Shown piece after piece: positions 18,981 through 28,449 of a stretch of DNA of 47,351 nucleotides. Source of the DNA: Flavobacteriales bacterium. Lineage in GTDB: Bacteria; Bacteroidota; Bacteroidia; Flavobacteriales_G; JALEGO01. The DNA lies in contig JALEGO010000161.1 of NCBI GenBank assembly GCA_022763165.1, positions 1 through 47,351 on the forward strand, read 5' to 3'. The position numbers and the translations under genes were made by a program. Numbering within the stretch: position 1 is the first letter of the stretch; the number at the start of each line of letters is the position of its first letter. The notes beneath the pieces are model-generated. The model was not told the DNA's origin. It was given only the letters and a program-made list of their open reading frames with translations, and did not search any database.

Positions 18981-19801
18981 TGAAAGATAAATTTTAGACC
19001 AGAATGAAATCCACTTTTAGCACTATGAAGGTGTCCTCCGCTATACCTTTCTTTGAGGTAGTTTAGGTTGCTATAATTATGGTTTATGATTCTTTCATCT
19101 AATTCATCCAAGAGAGCATTTGCTTCAACCCCTTCTTGCTCACCTATTCCGAGGTATAAACTAAAGGGCAAATTGGCATTTGCATCATCTGCGACTTGCT
19201 CCATTTCGATTATTTCTAAATTCGACCACCATAAAGATGGACTTAGCGCTATGACATTACTAAAAAGAGGGTCTTCTCGAAACTTAAACATTTGAAACAA
19301 GCAGAAGTAAGCGCTTAAAGAATGCCCCATTAAAGCGCGATTGTTATGGTCAACGGAATAGTTTTGCTCAATCAGGGGAATCAGTTCCTCTTTGAGGAAA
19401 TCATAAAAAAGTAAGCCGCCACCACCAATCTCTGTACCATCAGATGAAGAGTGTATCGGATAGGTTAAGTCAATTTCGCGCAATTCTTCTATTGCTGCTA
19501 AATTATTCAATGAAAAAGGGTATTCTTCGTAAAAAACTCCAACAAGGATTACTTGAAAAGAATCATGCTCTTTCAAAATATTCGCAACATCGTTAAAATG
19601 ATAATAGCCATCTAGTAAATAGGCTACGGGGTAAGTTTTGTTTACATCATAAGCCTCAGGCAGAATTACTTTTAATTCATAGTTCTCTTTAGTAAAGGAT
19701 GAGTTGATTATGTGCACATTTTCTGGCGACACTTCAAAAGTCTCTTTTTTACAGGAGCTCACCACTAACAGTAATCCGATTGCAATTATTGATTTGTTCA
19801 T
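18977..19801 (-). CDS. alpha/beta-hydrolase esterase lipoprotein (putative esterase family)
   Basis: GHSLSAYF nucleophile elbow (GxSxG). The ORF-track start at 19819 is TTG. The ATG at 19801 gives a lipoprotein signal, MNKSIIAIGLLLVVSSC. Confidence 0.7.
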   Translation of the reverse strand: MNKSIIAIGLLLVVSSCKKETFEVSPENVHIINSSFTKENYELKVILPEAYDVNKTYPVAYLLDGYYHFNDVANILKEHDSFQVILVGVFYEEYPFSLNNLAAIEELREIDLTYPIHSSSDGTEIGGGGLLFYDFLKEELIPLIEQNYSVDHNNRALMGHSLSAYFCLFQMFKFREDPLFSNVIALSPSLWWSNLEIIEMEQVADDANANLPFSLYLGIGEQEGVEANALLDELDERIINHNYSNLNYLKERYSGGHLHSAKSGFHSGLKFIFQ

Positions 19802-19930
19802 GTTTGAACTTTTTTTCAAGTCAATACTATGACGTCAATTTAGCCCTTGTAAGAGTTAGAATCAATACTTTGTGGGAGACAAATGGGAGATATTGTAAAA
19901 GGGCGGCCTGTGACCTTTCATTTCTAATGC

Positions 19931-22900
19931 TTATCGTGAGTTTGAAACGACAAGCTTTCCCTTAAACAATAGGCCTTCTTTTGTCTCTGCCACCAGAATA
20001 TATGACCCCGTTTTCAGGTGACTTACAACTACTGTTTTAAGTTCTCTATTGATGGATATTTCATCGACCATTATCCCATTCATATCTAACACCTGAACAC
20101 TTACTAAATCAGAGTTCATTGTGGCTCCGAATGCTTTTCTTTCACCAATTACATTGACCTTATGGGTTGCAGGATTTGGATATATGACTAGGCTTCTATC
20201 ACCCACTAAATGTATATCATTTCGAATAGTATTGACTGTGGTATTTGTAATGATGTAATCATTAAAGTCAAACTGGATATGCGCCTTATTGTTGACCCAT
20301 GATTCATTCGCCAATCCTTTTTTGGGTTGAATGGAGAATTGCACAAAACCATGACTTTGTGGCTCATTGGAAACACTATCTGGAAGATTGATCCCTTCAA
20401 AAATCCAAGTGACGACACTTCCATCAATTGTATATCTTCCCTTATGGCTTGAATTCTTAATTATCAAAGTATTGAGATCTAGATTTTCAGATAATGTATC
20501 AATCACAATAACACGCCAAGCCGGATAATTTCCAACATTTTGAAATCGAATCTTGTAATGTAAGGTATCCACCTCTGTGATGTAACCTTTAGCTGTAATT
20601 CCAATAGGGAATACTAGTTTGTCGTTAGGATCAACAGCGCCTACTATTTCGGAACTCATAGCTAATTGATTATCCTGGAGACTGCATTCATTTCCACTTG
20701 ATTCAACACTTCCGGATAGTGTCACCGTTTTACTCAAATCAGCGTACAAATCAACCGAATCCTCCATGCTTATTAAGATGCTCTTTCCAATTTCAAGACT
20801 ATCGAAAAACCAGCTATAAGTTGTATCTGAAACCGTAAAGCTGCTATCACTGCTCACAATACTTAGCTCAGCAGGTACTTCTAATATAAACTCAACATTA
20901 TAAGCCGTTTGGCTTCCATTATTTGTAATTAAAGAGGTCAATAAGTTTCTAAATCCTCTTCTGTACGCAGTTACGCCTATATCTAGTTTTAAATCCACCC
21001 CTACGCAAGAAGGAACAATGGCAATATCGTTATCGCAAGTACCGTTTAAATTCTCTGTATTGATTGTGAGAATACCACAGCTTTTAGACCAAATACCTTC
21101 TTCCACAAATGCAACATCGTAAAGACCATCCGTTACATAAATTGAGAATAGGCCCGTATCATTGGCTGCTACAACACTATTCCCTATTTGAACCGACTGT
21201 TGCCCCACAACATTTTCATTGGCATCAAAAACACAATTGCCATTCTCATCATGAAAAATCTTACCACACAACCTGGTTCCCACAGGTTCTTCTATTTCAT
21301 AGCATGTGTTCAGGCCAGCTGGATCGTAAGATTGCACCACTCCTGAAGGCCACTGCACAATGATGGAATCAATACTTGTTGCATTCCCTAAGCCAAAGTA
21401 AGTTCTAGAAGAATTTTGCCCTCCGAGTCCAGCGATCTGCGTTCCAATCTCTCTGGTAATCCATCTTTTTCCCCCATTGATTTCCGCTTTCACTTTGACT
21501 TTAGCGCCTAAACCCTGCTTATTCGATTGCGTGCCGCTTAACTTCATGCAAATCCAACTTAAACACTGGCCTTTGCTATTTGCGAAGAAGACGTTTGACC
21601 CACTTGAATGTTCTGCCATATACAAATCTAAGTCCCCATCGCGATCATAATCAGCCCAAGTATTGCTAAAAAAGTCTCCTTCAATTCTACTGATATCATT
21701 GTCCAATTTATTGAATTGTCCCGCTCCATCATTCGCGTAGAAGAAGCTCTTTTGATTTTGATCATTTGAAATCACTAGATCCAGATCCCCATCATTATCA
21801 AAGTCTATAAAGTTTGCTGTATGAGAATGCCCTTTATCATTTGAAACAATGCTATTTTGAACGAGACTAAAATCCATATTACCCTGATTTATGAAGAGAG
21901 CATTTTGCTGATCACTTGCGTTACAAAGCACCACATCAAAATCACCATCATTATCTATATCTCCCCAGGCAGAAGTAGTTGTATTAAATCCGCTTAAAGC
22001 TAAAGGATGGTTATCTAGTTTCTCGAAATTGGTGTTACCAAGGTTTCGGTAAACACTATTAGCCTGACCATTGGTATTGCATACCAAAAGATCTAAATCT
22101 CCGTCTGCATCCATATCAGTCCAATGTCCTGTTACGGAGTACTGAGCTTCTTGGCTGATGATATTATCAATTTCTGTAAATGTGCCATCTCCATTGTTTT
22201 TGTAAAGCAAATTGTATTTGGTAGGCATAAAGTCCGCAACAAAAAGATCAAGATATCCGTCATTGTCAAAATCACCCCAAGCACCTGCATGAGAATAACC
22301 CGAATGCCCTGTTATCACTCCATCGTTAACCAAGGTAAAGTTGCCAGCCCCATCGTTGGAGTATAGTTGATTTACGGAAGATGTATTGTTTGCTAAGAAA
22401 ACATCTAAATCGCCATCATTGTCATAATCTGCCCATGACCCAGAGACGGTTCCTCCATTCGTGTTCGTCAAAGCATTCTGCACTTGAGAGAATGTGCCAT
22501 CACCATTATTCACCATCAATTTATTTGGAGCGCCATCCGAATAATTAGGTAAAAACACATCCTCATATCCATCATTATTAATATCGGTCCAACTTACACT
22601 CCAATTGTTTTCAGATATTCCAGTAAGGCCCGCTACACTAACTTCTTCAAACTTGATATTCGGGTCGAATGCTAAGTTGATGTTCTGTAAAGCTTGACCG
22701 CATGAGGAATAACCAGAAATACTATTTACAATGTGGTCTCCAGACTGAAAATTATCTTCAAGTATTACGTTGAATTTTAATTTTAAGCGATTTGAATCTA
22801 AGTCTAGAACACCTGGTAGACCACGGTCTTTTAAACGATTATTTATTTGATTAAAGTCAAATGTGTATTCATTATTATTTACACTTGGATCGGATACGGA

Positions 22901-25900
22901 TGTATAATTTCCAGTCAATGGATACTTCAATTTTGCGGAACCAGCTTGGTAACTTATTCTGTCTAATCCTGGTGTACTAAGGCTTAATGAAATATCTTGC
23001 ACGATAGAAAATTGAACACTTGCAATTTCTACTTCGACTTCAACAATAGGACTGCAATCATTTCCTACTGTTTTGCCATATAAAACAGCTTGCAATTCAG
23101 CAGGCTTTGGTTCAATAAAAAGATCAACTTTAGAATAAGAACACTTGAAACTCGAAAAATCATTTGGCAAACCTGAGCATTCATAACCTGCATAAAACTC
23201 AATATTATCATAGGAACAATTAGAATAATTGGCTTGGACCTGTAGGTTCGTACTGTTTACATTTCCGACTATATAAATATCGTTTTGTTTGACTAGTTCT
23301 TGACCTGTTGCAAGATCTACAACTCTTAAAATATTAATATTAGATGAGGGAGATGTGATATGAACCCAAGCATTATCAACACTACTGCCGTTAGTTGAAA
23401 GAGCTACATTCCATTTAGCCACTTTTTCTACCCCATCTATTTTGGGATTTTGACTGTTGATGCTTAAAGTTCTTGGTTTGAACCTTATATTATCTTGCCC
23501 TGTAGTTATGGTTTCAGTTCCATAACCAAGATGTTCATGTTTATTGAAAATAAAAGTCCAAGGCATCGATTGAAAGACATTGTTTGGCACGTCACAACTG
23601 GGAGCAACTTTAATATATATTGTTCCGGAAAAGCCATCATCACTAAATTCAAACGTTCCTCCGTTTTCCTTATATAAACTTTCAATATCAAACTTTAAAT
23701 AATTGCTTTGGCTGTAGTAAGGTTGAATAGGGTTTATCGTTTGTGTTGCAGACTGGTTCGTTTTTTTAGTTCTGTACTGTCTTATGTAGGCGCTCTCTAT
23801 AGCATAATGCATGGGCACCACTGTTTCTATTTCTTTTAGGTGTGCCCAAGAACGATATTCAAAAGGAAAAAGATTTCCACCTTGATAATTTGAACAACAA
23901 TCTCCAACGCTAAAGTGAAAATCCTGGGTAATCGTTTTAGAGCATCCTGAAATCGTAATGTTTTGATTACCGCTTACTCCAAAGAAATAACCAATAAGGG
24001 TTATGCGATCTCTGTAAGTATTGCAACCATACTTATCAGCGCTGTTGGTTGGGTTTGCGACTGAAGACAAATAGAATTCATTATTAACTGTTACTTCTTC
24101 TACTTGACCTCCAATGTTTCCAGTTACTTTGTAAATAGGCTCCAAGATAATAGAGTCTCCTGTTTCATAATCAACCCCAGCGAAACAAGAGTTGCTTAAA
24201 CTAAAGTCATAAGTAAAGGTTCTGGTAGAACCATTGTCTGCATAGTTCACAGGAATATTATTGCAGTTTAAATACGTCTGAGAGCTGGCATCGTAGTATT
24301 TTAATTCGCAACTAATTGCACTGAGATTCACTCCTAGAGGAAACGTAGAACTGGCATATCCTTTGGACCAAGCAATGTTATTAGGGTTTTCAATAACCCC
24401 CGAAAAGGTAGACTGTATAGTATCTCCATACATCGCACGATTCAATTTGATTTTAGAAAAGTCCAAGCCGCCAGAGTTGTCGGAAAGTCCATCTTCATTA
24501 TTATCTGGCAGACCTAGACTTGTTCTTTTTATATCAAATGATTTAAATACAATTCCTCCATTAGTACATGATCCTGGACAATGCAAATAGACATCCACAC
24601 TTTCGGTGCAACTCATGGGGATCTCACAAACTTGTTGGCATGTTGTATCTGCGATGTAATATGTATCAAAATCGACCCACTTCACTCCAGACGCTCCAAC
24701 GCTGCAATTGCCTTTAAGACCAACATTGACCTCGGATTTAGGAATTGTAAATGGCGCTGTCAAGAAGTAATTAGCGGTTAGTATTCTTGTATTAGGATCA
24801 TAATCAAGATCCTCATGGCTCCATAAAGTAGCTCCACTGGTAAAAGTCAAATCATTTGGGTTACCTGTCCAATCCAATCCTTGTGGTAATGTGAATTTTA
24901 ATCTATAATGCGCTCCTTGTCCTTCAGGAATTGTATTGGTAAGACTTGAAATGATGTAAGTGAAATACTCAACTTCGCTATCATGAATATCCGTAGGAGA
25001 TTCAGTGAAAAAGTTGAGGGTGTTTGAATTTACTCCTTGCCCAATGCCATCTTTCTGATAAGAATTAGTTTGACAAACATCTTCGTAGGTAACATCATAT
25101 CCCCATCCCATTATTTTTTTAGGCGAGCAGTCATCAATACAACACCTGTATGTCTTCCATCTCAAATAAATTTTGTTTCCAGGATCGATTCGAGGTAAAC
25201 TCAAAGTCACTTTTCCTGTTGGATTGCCGCTCATGCATGCCATAGCATTACCATTAATAATAGCCTGAGGAGAAATGACATTCCAGCTATTATTATCTAT
25301 ACTTATTTCAATATCCGAATGATCTAAATGAACAGCTACTGAAGGGTCAAAGCCATTTCCAGAACTATTGAATACATCTAAAACCACATTTTCAGCTATA
25401 CCTTGACCTGTATTGGATAAAGTTAGTTCTTGCAAACTTCCTTCATTGATGGAAAAACAGCTTTGGATATCATCATTCGCTGATACACTTAGCTTAGGTG
25501 TATTTAGATTGATCGTAACATGTGCTGTGGTGGATGTTACTTGGCAACTCGTAGTGTTTCCATCTGTCCAGGAAGCTTCTATGTCAGAGCTAATAGTCGT
25601 TGTTTGACAAGCAAATCCTTCTAAGGTTTGTGTGATTATTATACTCTCATTCTTATCGAAGAAAGCATCATTATTTCCTATCCCGTTAAAATCACTTCCA
25701 GTTAAGTTAAGAACATTATTTGATAGGGATCCGATACTTGCTGAGTTCCAAGAAAGGCCAGTACCATGAACATCGGATAAGGTAAAAGCATTCAATCTTC
25801 CATTACCACCATTGATAATTTTAATTGTTCTGGTAAACGTTTCACCAGATTGAATCGTTTTCTGATTGGGACTGACAGATATAATGGTCAAAGCAGGGTA

Positions 25901-26347
25901 CAATAAATTGTATGAGGATGATGTCTTAGCTTCAACCTCCTGATTATTAGACAAGAAAGCAATTTTATTTCTTAAAACCGCTCCACTTTGAACGGCGCTC
26001 ATAGCATTGCAATCAGCTGTATAGGAAATGATGAAATTCAGACTCTCAGCCGTATTTAAATTTCCGCTAACACTAAATGTAATGATCCCATTGTTTGCAT
26101 TTAACATTGAGATTCTGCCCGCATCATTGCCAGTTAAAAAGCTATAGCTAACTCCTGTTGGTAATTCTAATTCTAATGTCATGTTGGAATAATTTACAGC
26201 ACCCTCATTTTCAAGTTGCACAGCCATATTCGACTGTGCTCCAAAGAGATCCAAATTTTGATCTGGAGTCAAAGTAATGTCAACACTTTGAGCATTGATT
26301 GCTATTCCAAGTATAAATAGTAAGTATGATGTTATTAATTTCTTCAT
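19931..26347 (-). CDS. 2,138-aa T9SS-secreted FG-GAP/VCBS beta-propeller + ASPIC/UnbV adhesin-like surface protein
   Basis: Signal peptide MKKLITSYLLFILGIAINAQS. Seven DxDxDGDxD FG-GAP/VCBS calcium-loop repeats (DINNDGYEDV, DYDNDGDLDV, DFDNDGYLDL, DMDADGDLDL, DIDNDGDFDV, DFDNDGDLDL, DYDRDGDLDL; about nt 21610-22640). An ASPIC/UnbV-like segment follows (GLGAKVKVKA...FGLGNA). The C-terminal 87 aa (19934-20194) begin LVIYPNPATHKVNV, typical of a T9SS sorting domain. Confidence 0.85.
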   Translation of the reverse strand: MKKLITSYLLFILGIAINAQSVDITLTPDQNLDLFGAQSNMAVQLENEGAVNYSNMTLELELPTGVSYSFLTGNDAGRISMLNANNGIITFSVSGNLNTAESLNFIISYTADCNAMSAVQSGAVLRNKIAFLSNNQEVEAKTSSSYNLLYPALTIISVSPNQKTIQSGETFTRTIKIINGGNGRLNAFTLSDVHGTGLSWNSASIGSLSNNVLNLTGSDFNGIGNNDAFFDKNESIIITQTLEGFACQTTTISSDIEASWTDGNTTSCQVTSTTAHVTINLNTPKLSVSANDDIQSCFSINEGSLQELTLSNTGQGIAENVVLDVFNSSGNGFDPSVAVHLDHSDIEISIDNNSWNVISPQAIINGNAMACMSGNPTGKVTLSLPRIDPGNKIYLRWKTYRCCIDDCSPKKIMGWGYDVTYEDVCQTNSYQKDGIGQGVNSNTLNFFTESPTDIHDSEVEYFTYIISSLTNTIPEGQGAHYRLKFTLPQGLDWTGNPNDLTFTSGATLWSHEDLDYDPNTRILTANYFLTAPFTIPKSEVNVGLKGNCSVGASGVKWVDFDTYYIADTTCQQVCEIPMSCTESVDVYLHCPGSCTNGGIVFKSFDIKRTSLGLPDNNEDGLSDNSGGLDFSKIKLNRAMYGDTIQSTFSGVIENPNNIAWSKGYASSTFPLGVNLSAISCELKYYDASSQTYLNCNNIPVNYADNGSTRTFTYDFSLSNSCFAGVDYETGDSIILEPIYKVTGNIGGQVEEVTVNNEFYLSSVANPTNSADKYGCNTYRDRITLIGYFFGVSGNQNITISGCSKTITQDFHFSVGDCCSNYQGGNLFPFEYRSWAHLKEIETVVPMHYAIESAYIRQYRTKKTNQSATQTINPIQPYYSQSNYLKFDIESLYKENGGTFEFSDDGFSGTIYIKVAPSCDVPNNVFQSMPWTFIFNKHEHLGYGTETITTGQDNIRFKPRTLSINSQNPKIDGVEKVAKWNVALSTNGSSVDNAWVHITSPSSNINILRVVDLATGQELVKQNDIYIVGNVNSTNLQVQANYSNCSYDNIEFYAGYECSGLPNDFSSFKCSYSKVDLFIEPKPAELQAVLYGKTVGNDCSPIVEVEVEIASVQFSIVQDISLSLSTPGLDRISYQAGSAKLKYPLTGNYTSVSDPSVNNNEYTFDFNQINNRLKDRGLPGVLDLDSNRLKLKFNVILEDNFQSGDHIVNSISGYSSCGQALQNINLAFDPNIKFEEVSVAGLTGISENNWSVSWTDINNDGYEDVFLPNYSDGAPNKLMVNNGDGTFSQVQNALTNTNGGTVSGSWADYDNDGDLDVFLANNTSSVNQLYSNDGAGNFTLVNDGVITGHSGYSHAGAWGDFDNDGYLDLFVADFMPTKYNLLYKNNGDGTFTEIDNIISQEAQYSVTGHWTDMDADGDLDLLVCNTNGQANSVYRNLGNTNFEKLDNHPLALSGFNTTTSAWGDIDNDGDFDVVLCNASDQQNALFINQGNMDFSLVQNSIVSNDKGHSHTANFIDFDNDGDLDLVISNDQNQKSFFYANDGAGQFNKLDNDISRIEGDFFSNTWADYDRDGDLDLYMAEHSSGSNVFFANSKGQCLSWICMKLSGTQSNKQGLGAKVKVKAEINGGKRWITREIGTQIAGLGGQNSSRTYFGLGNATSIDSIIVQWPSGVVQSYDPAGLNTCYEIEEPVGTRLCGKIFHDENGNCVFDANENVVGQQSVQIGNSVVAANDTGLFSIYVTDGLYDVAFVEEGIWSKSCGILTINTENLNGTCDNDIAIVPSCVGVDLKLDIGVTAYRRGFRNLLTSLITNNGSQTAYNVEFILEVPAELSIVSSDSSFTVSDTTYSWFFDSLEIGKSILISMEDSVDLYADLSKTVTLSGSVESSGNECSLQDNQLAMSSEIVGAVDPNDKLVFPIGITAKGYITEVDTLHYKIRFQNVGNYPAWRVIVIDTLSENLDLNTLIIKNSSHKGRYTIDGSVVTWIFEGINLPDSVSNEPQSHGFVQFSIQPKKGLANESWVNNKAHIQFDFNDYIITNTTVNTIRNDIHLVGDRSLVIYPNPATHKVNVIGERKAFGATMNSDLVSVQVLDMNGIMVDEISINRELKTVVVSHLKTGSYILVAETKEGLLFKGKLVVSNSR

Positions 26348-26373
26348 AATATTTCTTAATTACATACCTCTTA

Positions 26374-26388
26374 ACTTAAATAGTGCCA
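26374..26388 (-). promoter_or_regulatory. sigma54-like -24 element (perfect TGGCAC) upstream of the adhesin gene; poor -12
   Basis: The minus strand reads TGGCACTATTTAAGT. The GG lies 90 nt from the first base of the palindrome at 26477, close to the 88-89 nt seen at four other units. The -12 position lacks GC, so this is tentative. Confidence 0.3.
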
Positions 26389-26443
26389 TTATTACAAAGC
26401 GCTGCAAGACAGTTTTTTAGGTGTTTCTTGAGCGAACGTCACC

Positions 26444-26477
26444 CTCTATTAATGAGATTATTTTCTCAAATTGAGAA
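26444..26477 (-). promoter_or_regulatory. composite operator/UAS copy 1: palindrome TTCTCAAATTGAGAA plus 19-bp extension
   Basis: Perfect 15-bp palindrome at 26463-26477. The extension reads AATAATCTCATTAATAGAG on the minus strand (26462 down to 26444), so it points toward the adhesin gene. It matches copy 4 (AAGAATCTTATTCATAGAG) at 16 of 19 positions. Confidence 0.6.
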
Positions 26478-26486
26478 CATTTTAGA

Positions 26487-26495
26487 ATTGAGAAC
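26487..26495 (+). promoter_or_regulatory. extra half-site ATTGAGAAC (direct repeat of 26470-26478) just upstream of the activator gene
   Basis: ATTGAGAAC occurs twice, 17 nt apart, at 26470-26478 and 26487-26495. The second copy overlaps a TAGAATTG box (one mismatch to TAnnTTTG) about 17 nt before the ATG at 26508. Confidence 0.35.
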
Positions 26496-26507
26496 GTAAA
26501 GAAGCTC

Positions 26508-27860
26508 ATGAGTATGAATAAGATATTTGTTGTAGAAGATGATAGGTTTTATGGATCCCTTTTGAAACATCATCTGGAATTGAACCCTGATAATGAGGTC
26601 GTGTTATTTGAACATGCTGGAGATTGTTTGAAAAGACTACAGGAAAAACCTATGGCTATTACACTGGACTACAGTTTACCAGGGATAAGTGGATCAGAAG
26701 CTTTGAAGGCCATAAAGAGGATCGATCCTGATATTCCAGTGATAATGATTTCTGGGCAGGAGGATGTGAAAACGGCAATTAATCTATTGAAAGATGGCGC
26801 TTATGATTATTTGCTTAAGGATGATGATACAAAGGATCGACTATGGAATGCTATGATCAATATTGGAAAACGCAAAGAATTAGAGACTAGAGTTGAGCAT
26901 CTTGAACAAGAAGTAGAGCAGAAATTTCAATTTGACAAAAGTATTATCGGCAACAGTCCAGTATTACAAGACGTTTTCCGCTTATTGAATAAAGCGGTCA
27001 AAGCACCTATTACGGTTTCGATTACTGGAGAGACTGGAACAGGTAAAGAAGTAGCAGCCAAAGCAATTCACTTTAACTCGAATAGAAAAAAGAAACCTTT
27101 CGTGCCAGTAAATATGGCTGCTATACCTTCGGAGCTTATTGAAAGTGAGTTATTTGGCTATGAGAAAGGGGCTTTCACAGGAGCAAATGCTAGAAAAATT
27201 GGAAAATTTGAGGAGGCAAATGGAGGAACAATTTTTTTGGATGAAATTGCAGAAATGCCATTACCGATGCAATCTAAGCTCTTACGAGTTTTGCAAGAAG
27301 AAGAGGTAACCAGACTCGGTGGAAATGGAACTGTAAAAATTGATGTTAGGATCATATGCGCCACCCACAGAAATTTGGCGGAGGAGGTGGAGAAAGGTAA
27401 ATTCAGAGAGGACCTTTATTATAGATTACTGGGGCTACCGATTGAATTGCCACCCCTGAGGGATAGAGACAATGACATCTTAATCCTAGCCAAGTATTTC
27501 CTTGATGCTTTTTCTAAGAAAAATAAGATGGGAGCCTTGAAACTAGATAAAATGGCCCAAGACAAATTAATGAGCTACCCGTTTCCCGGGAATATCCGAG
27601 AGTTAAAAGCATTGATTGAGTTGGCTGCCGTGATGACAGATGATAATATCATTCGAGAAGAAGACATCACATTCAGATCCAAGGATGGGGTGGGAGACAT
27701 GATGCTTAAAGAAAGATCAATGAAGGATTACTCGCGCATGATTGTGGAGCATTTTCTCAAGAAATATCATAATGATATTAAAAAAGTAGCAGCTGTTTTA
27801 GACATCGGGGTTTCCTCAATCTACAGAATGATTCAGCAGGGAGAGATTGAGTCTAAATAA
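26508..27860 (+). CDS. sigma54-dependent NtrC-family response regulator (REC + AAA+ sigma54-interaction + Fis-type HTH)
   Basis: Receiver IFVVEDD...ITLDYSLPG. Walker A GETGTGKE. Sigma54-contact loop ESELFGYEKGAFTGA (GAFTGA at nt 27168-27185). Walker B GGTIFLDEI. C-terminal HTH DIKKVAAVLDIGVSSIYRMIQQG. Confidence 0.9.
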   Translation: MSMNKIFVVEDDRFYGSLLKHHLELNPDNEVVLFEHAGDCLKRLQEKPMAITLDYSLPGISGSEALKAIKRIDPDIPVIMISGQEDVKTAINLLKDGAYDYLLKDDDTKDRLWNAMINIGKRKELETRVEHLEQEVEQKFQFDKSIIGNSPVLQDVFRLLNKAVKAPITVSITGETGTGKEVAAKAIHFNSNRKKKPFVPVNMAAIPSELIESELFGYEKGAFTGANARKIGKFEEANGGTIFLDEIAEMPLPMQSKLLRVLQEEEVTRLGGNGTVKIDVRIICATHRNLAEEVEKGKFREDLYYRLLGLPIELPPLRDRDNDILILAKYFLDAFSKKNKMGALKLDKMAQDKLMSYPFPGNIRELKALIELAAVMTDDNIIREEDITFRSKDGVGDMMLKERSMKDYSRMIVEHFLKKYHNDIKKVAAVLDIGVSSIYRMIQQGEIESK

Positions 27861-28032
27861 TGCATTGACTTGAACAATAGTTGCAGCATTTAGTTATTAA
27901 ATCAGAATTCTAAAAATTGGACAATCTGTCTCAAAACGAGAAAAACACAACGAACAACAAATTTTATATCTCTTATAATCAGATTTTTATGAATTGGGCT
28001 TGATTTGTGATACCTCCAGAATAAACAGAATT

Positions 28033-28449
28033 ATGAAAGCAAAAACAGTAAATAAAGAAATCTTTTTAGTAGATGATGACCCAATGTGTCTTGAGGTGCT
28101 AAAATATCAACTTCATGAATTGAAAGGGTACAAGATTAGTGTATTTCAATCAGCAGAAGAATGTTTAAAACAAATTCATAGAAAGCCTGAATTTATCATT
28201 CTCGATTTTAATTTAGATGGAATGATTGAAACCAATATGGATGGACACCAGGCCTTAGGTTTGATCCATAACTATAATAAAAATATCGAAGTGATTTTTA
28301 TTTCTGGAGAACACAACTTCGAATTATTAGAAGTGTATGAGAAGTTTAGATCCGTTGAATTTTTGGTGAAGGAAGGGTTTGGGTCACCTATAATTAAAGA
28401 TTATATTGAATCAAGGATTCAATCAAAATACCCAAAATATATTGCTTAA
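28033..28449 (+). CDS. stand-alone response-regulator receiver (CheY-like)
   Basis: EIFLVDDDP...FIILDFNLDG...VIFISG. The ORF-track start at 27994 is TTG; the ATG at 28033 gives MKAKTVNKEIFLVDDD. Its stop overlaps the H-NOX start (TAATG at 28447-28451). Confidence 0.8.
   Translation: MKAKTVNKEIFLVDDDPMCLEVLKYQLHELKGYKISVFQSAEECLKQIHRKPEFIILDFNLDGMIETNMDGHQALGLIHNYNKNIEVIFISGEHNFELLEVYEKFRSVEFLVKEGFGSPIIKDYIESRIQSKYPKYIA

Noticed and set aside
19897-19919. AAAGG-N11-CCTTT hairpin followed by TTTT on the minus strand after the adhesin gene
   Set aside because: The 5-bp stem with an 11-nt loop is too weak to call a terminator with confidence. It may still contribute to termination before the esterase gene.
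20206-25607. Small ORFs inside or antisense to the T9SS adhesin gene, and the repeated DxDxDGDxD-coding segments
   Set aside because: The ORFs are embedded chance frames. The repeats are protein-level FG-GAP/VCBS blades with divergent nucleotide sequence, not DNA tandem repeats or a CRISPR-like array.
27855-27895. Possible hairpin after the activator gene (AATGC ... GCATT)
   Set aside because: Only a 5-bp AT-rich stem with a loop of about 25 nt and no T-tract. Not convincing as a terminator.
27928-27942. GTCTCAAAACGAGAA upstream of the REC/hnoX/kinase operon as another operator copy
   Set aside because: It has three mismatches, including both central half-site bases, and no conserved 19-bp extension. 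The nearest GG box (27996-27998) is about 69 nt away with no -12 GC. It is not comparable to the five good copies, so whether the sensor operon belongs to the regulon stays open.
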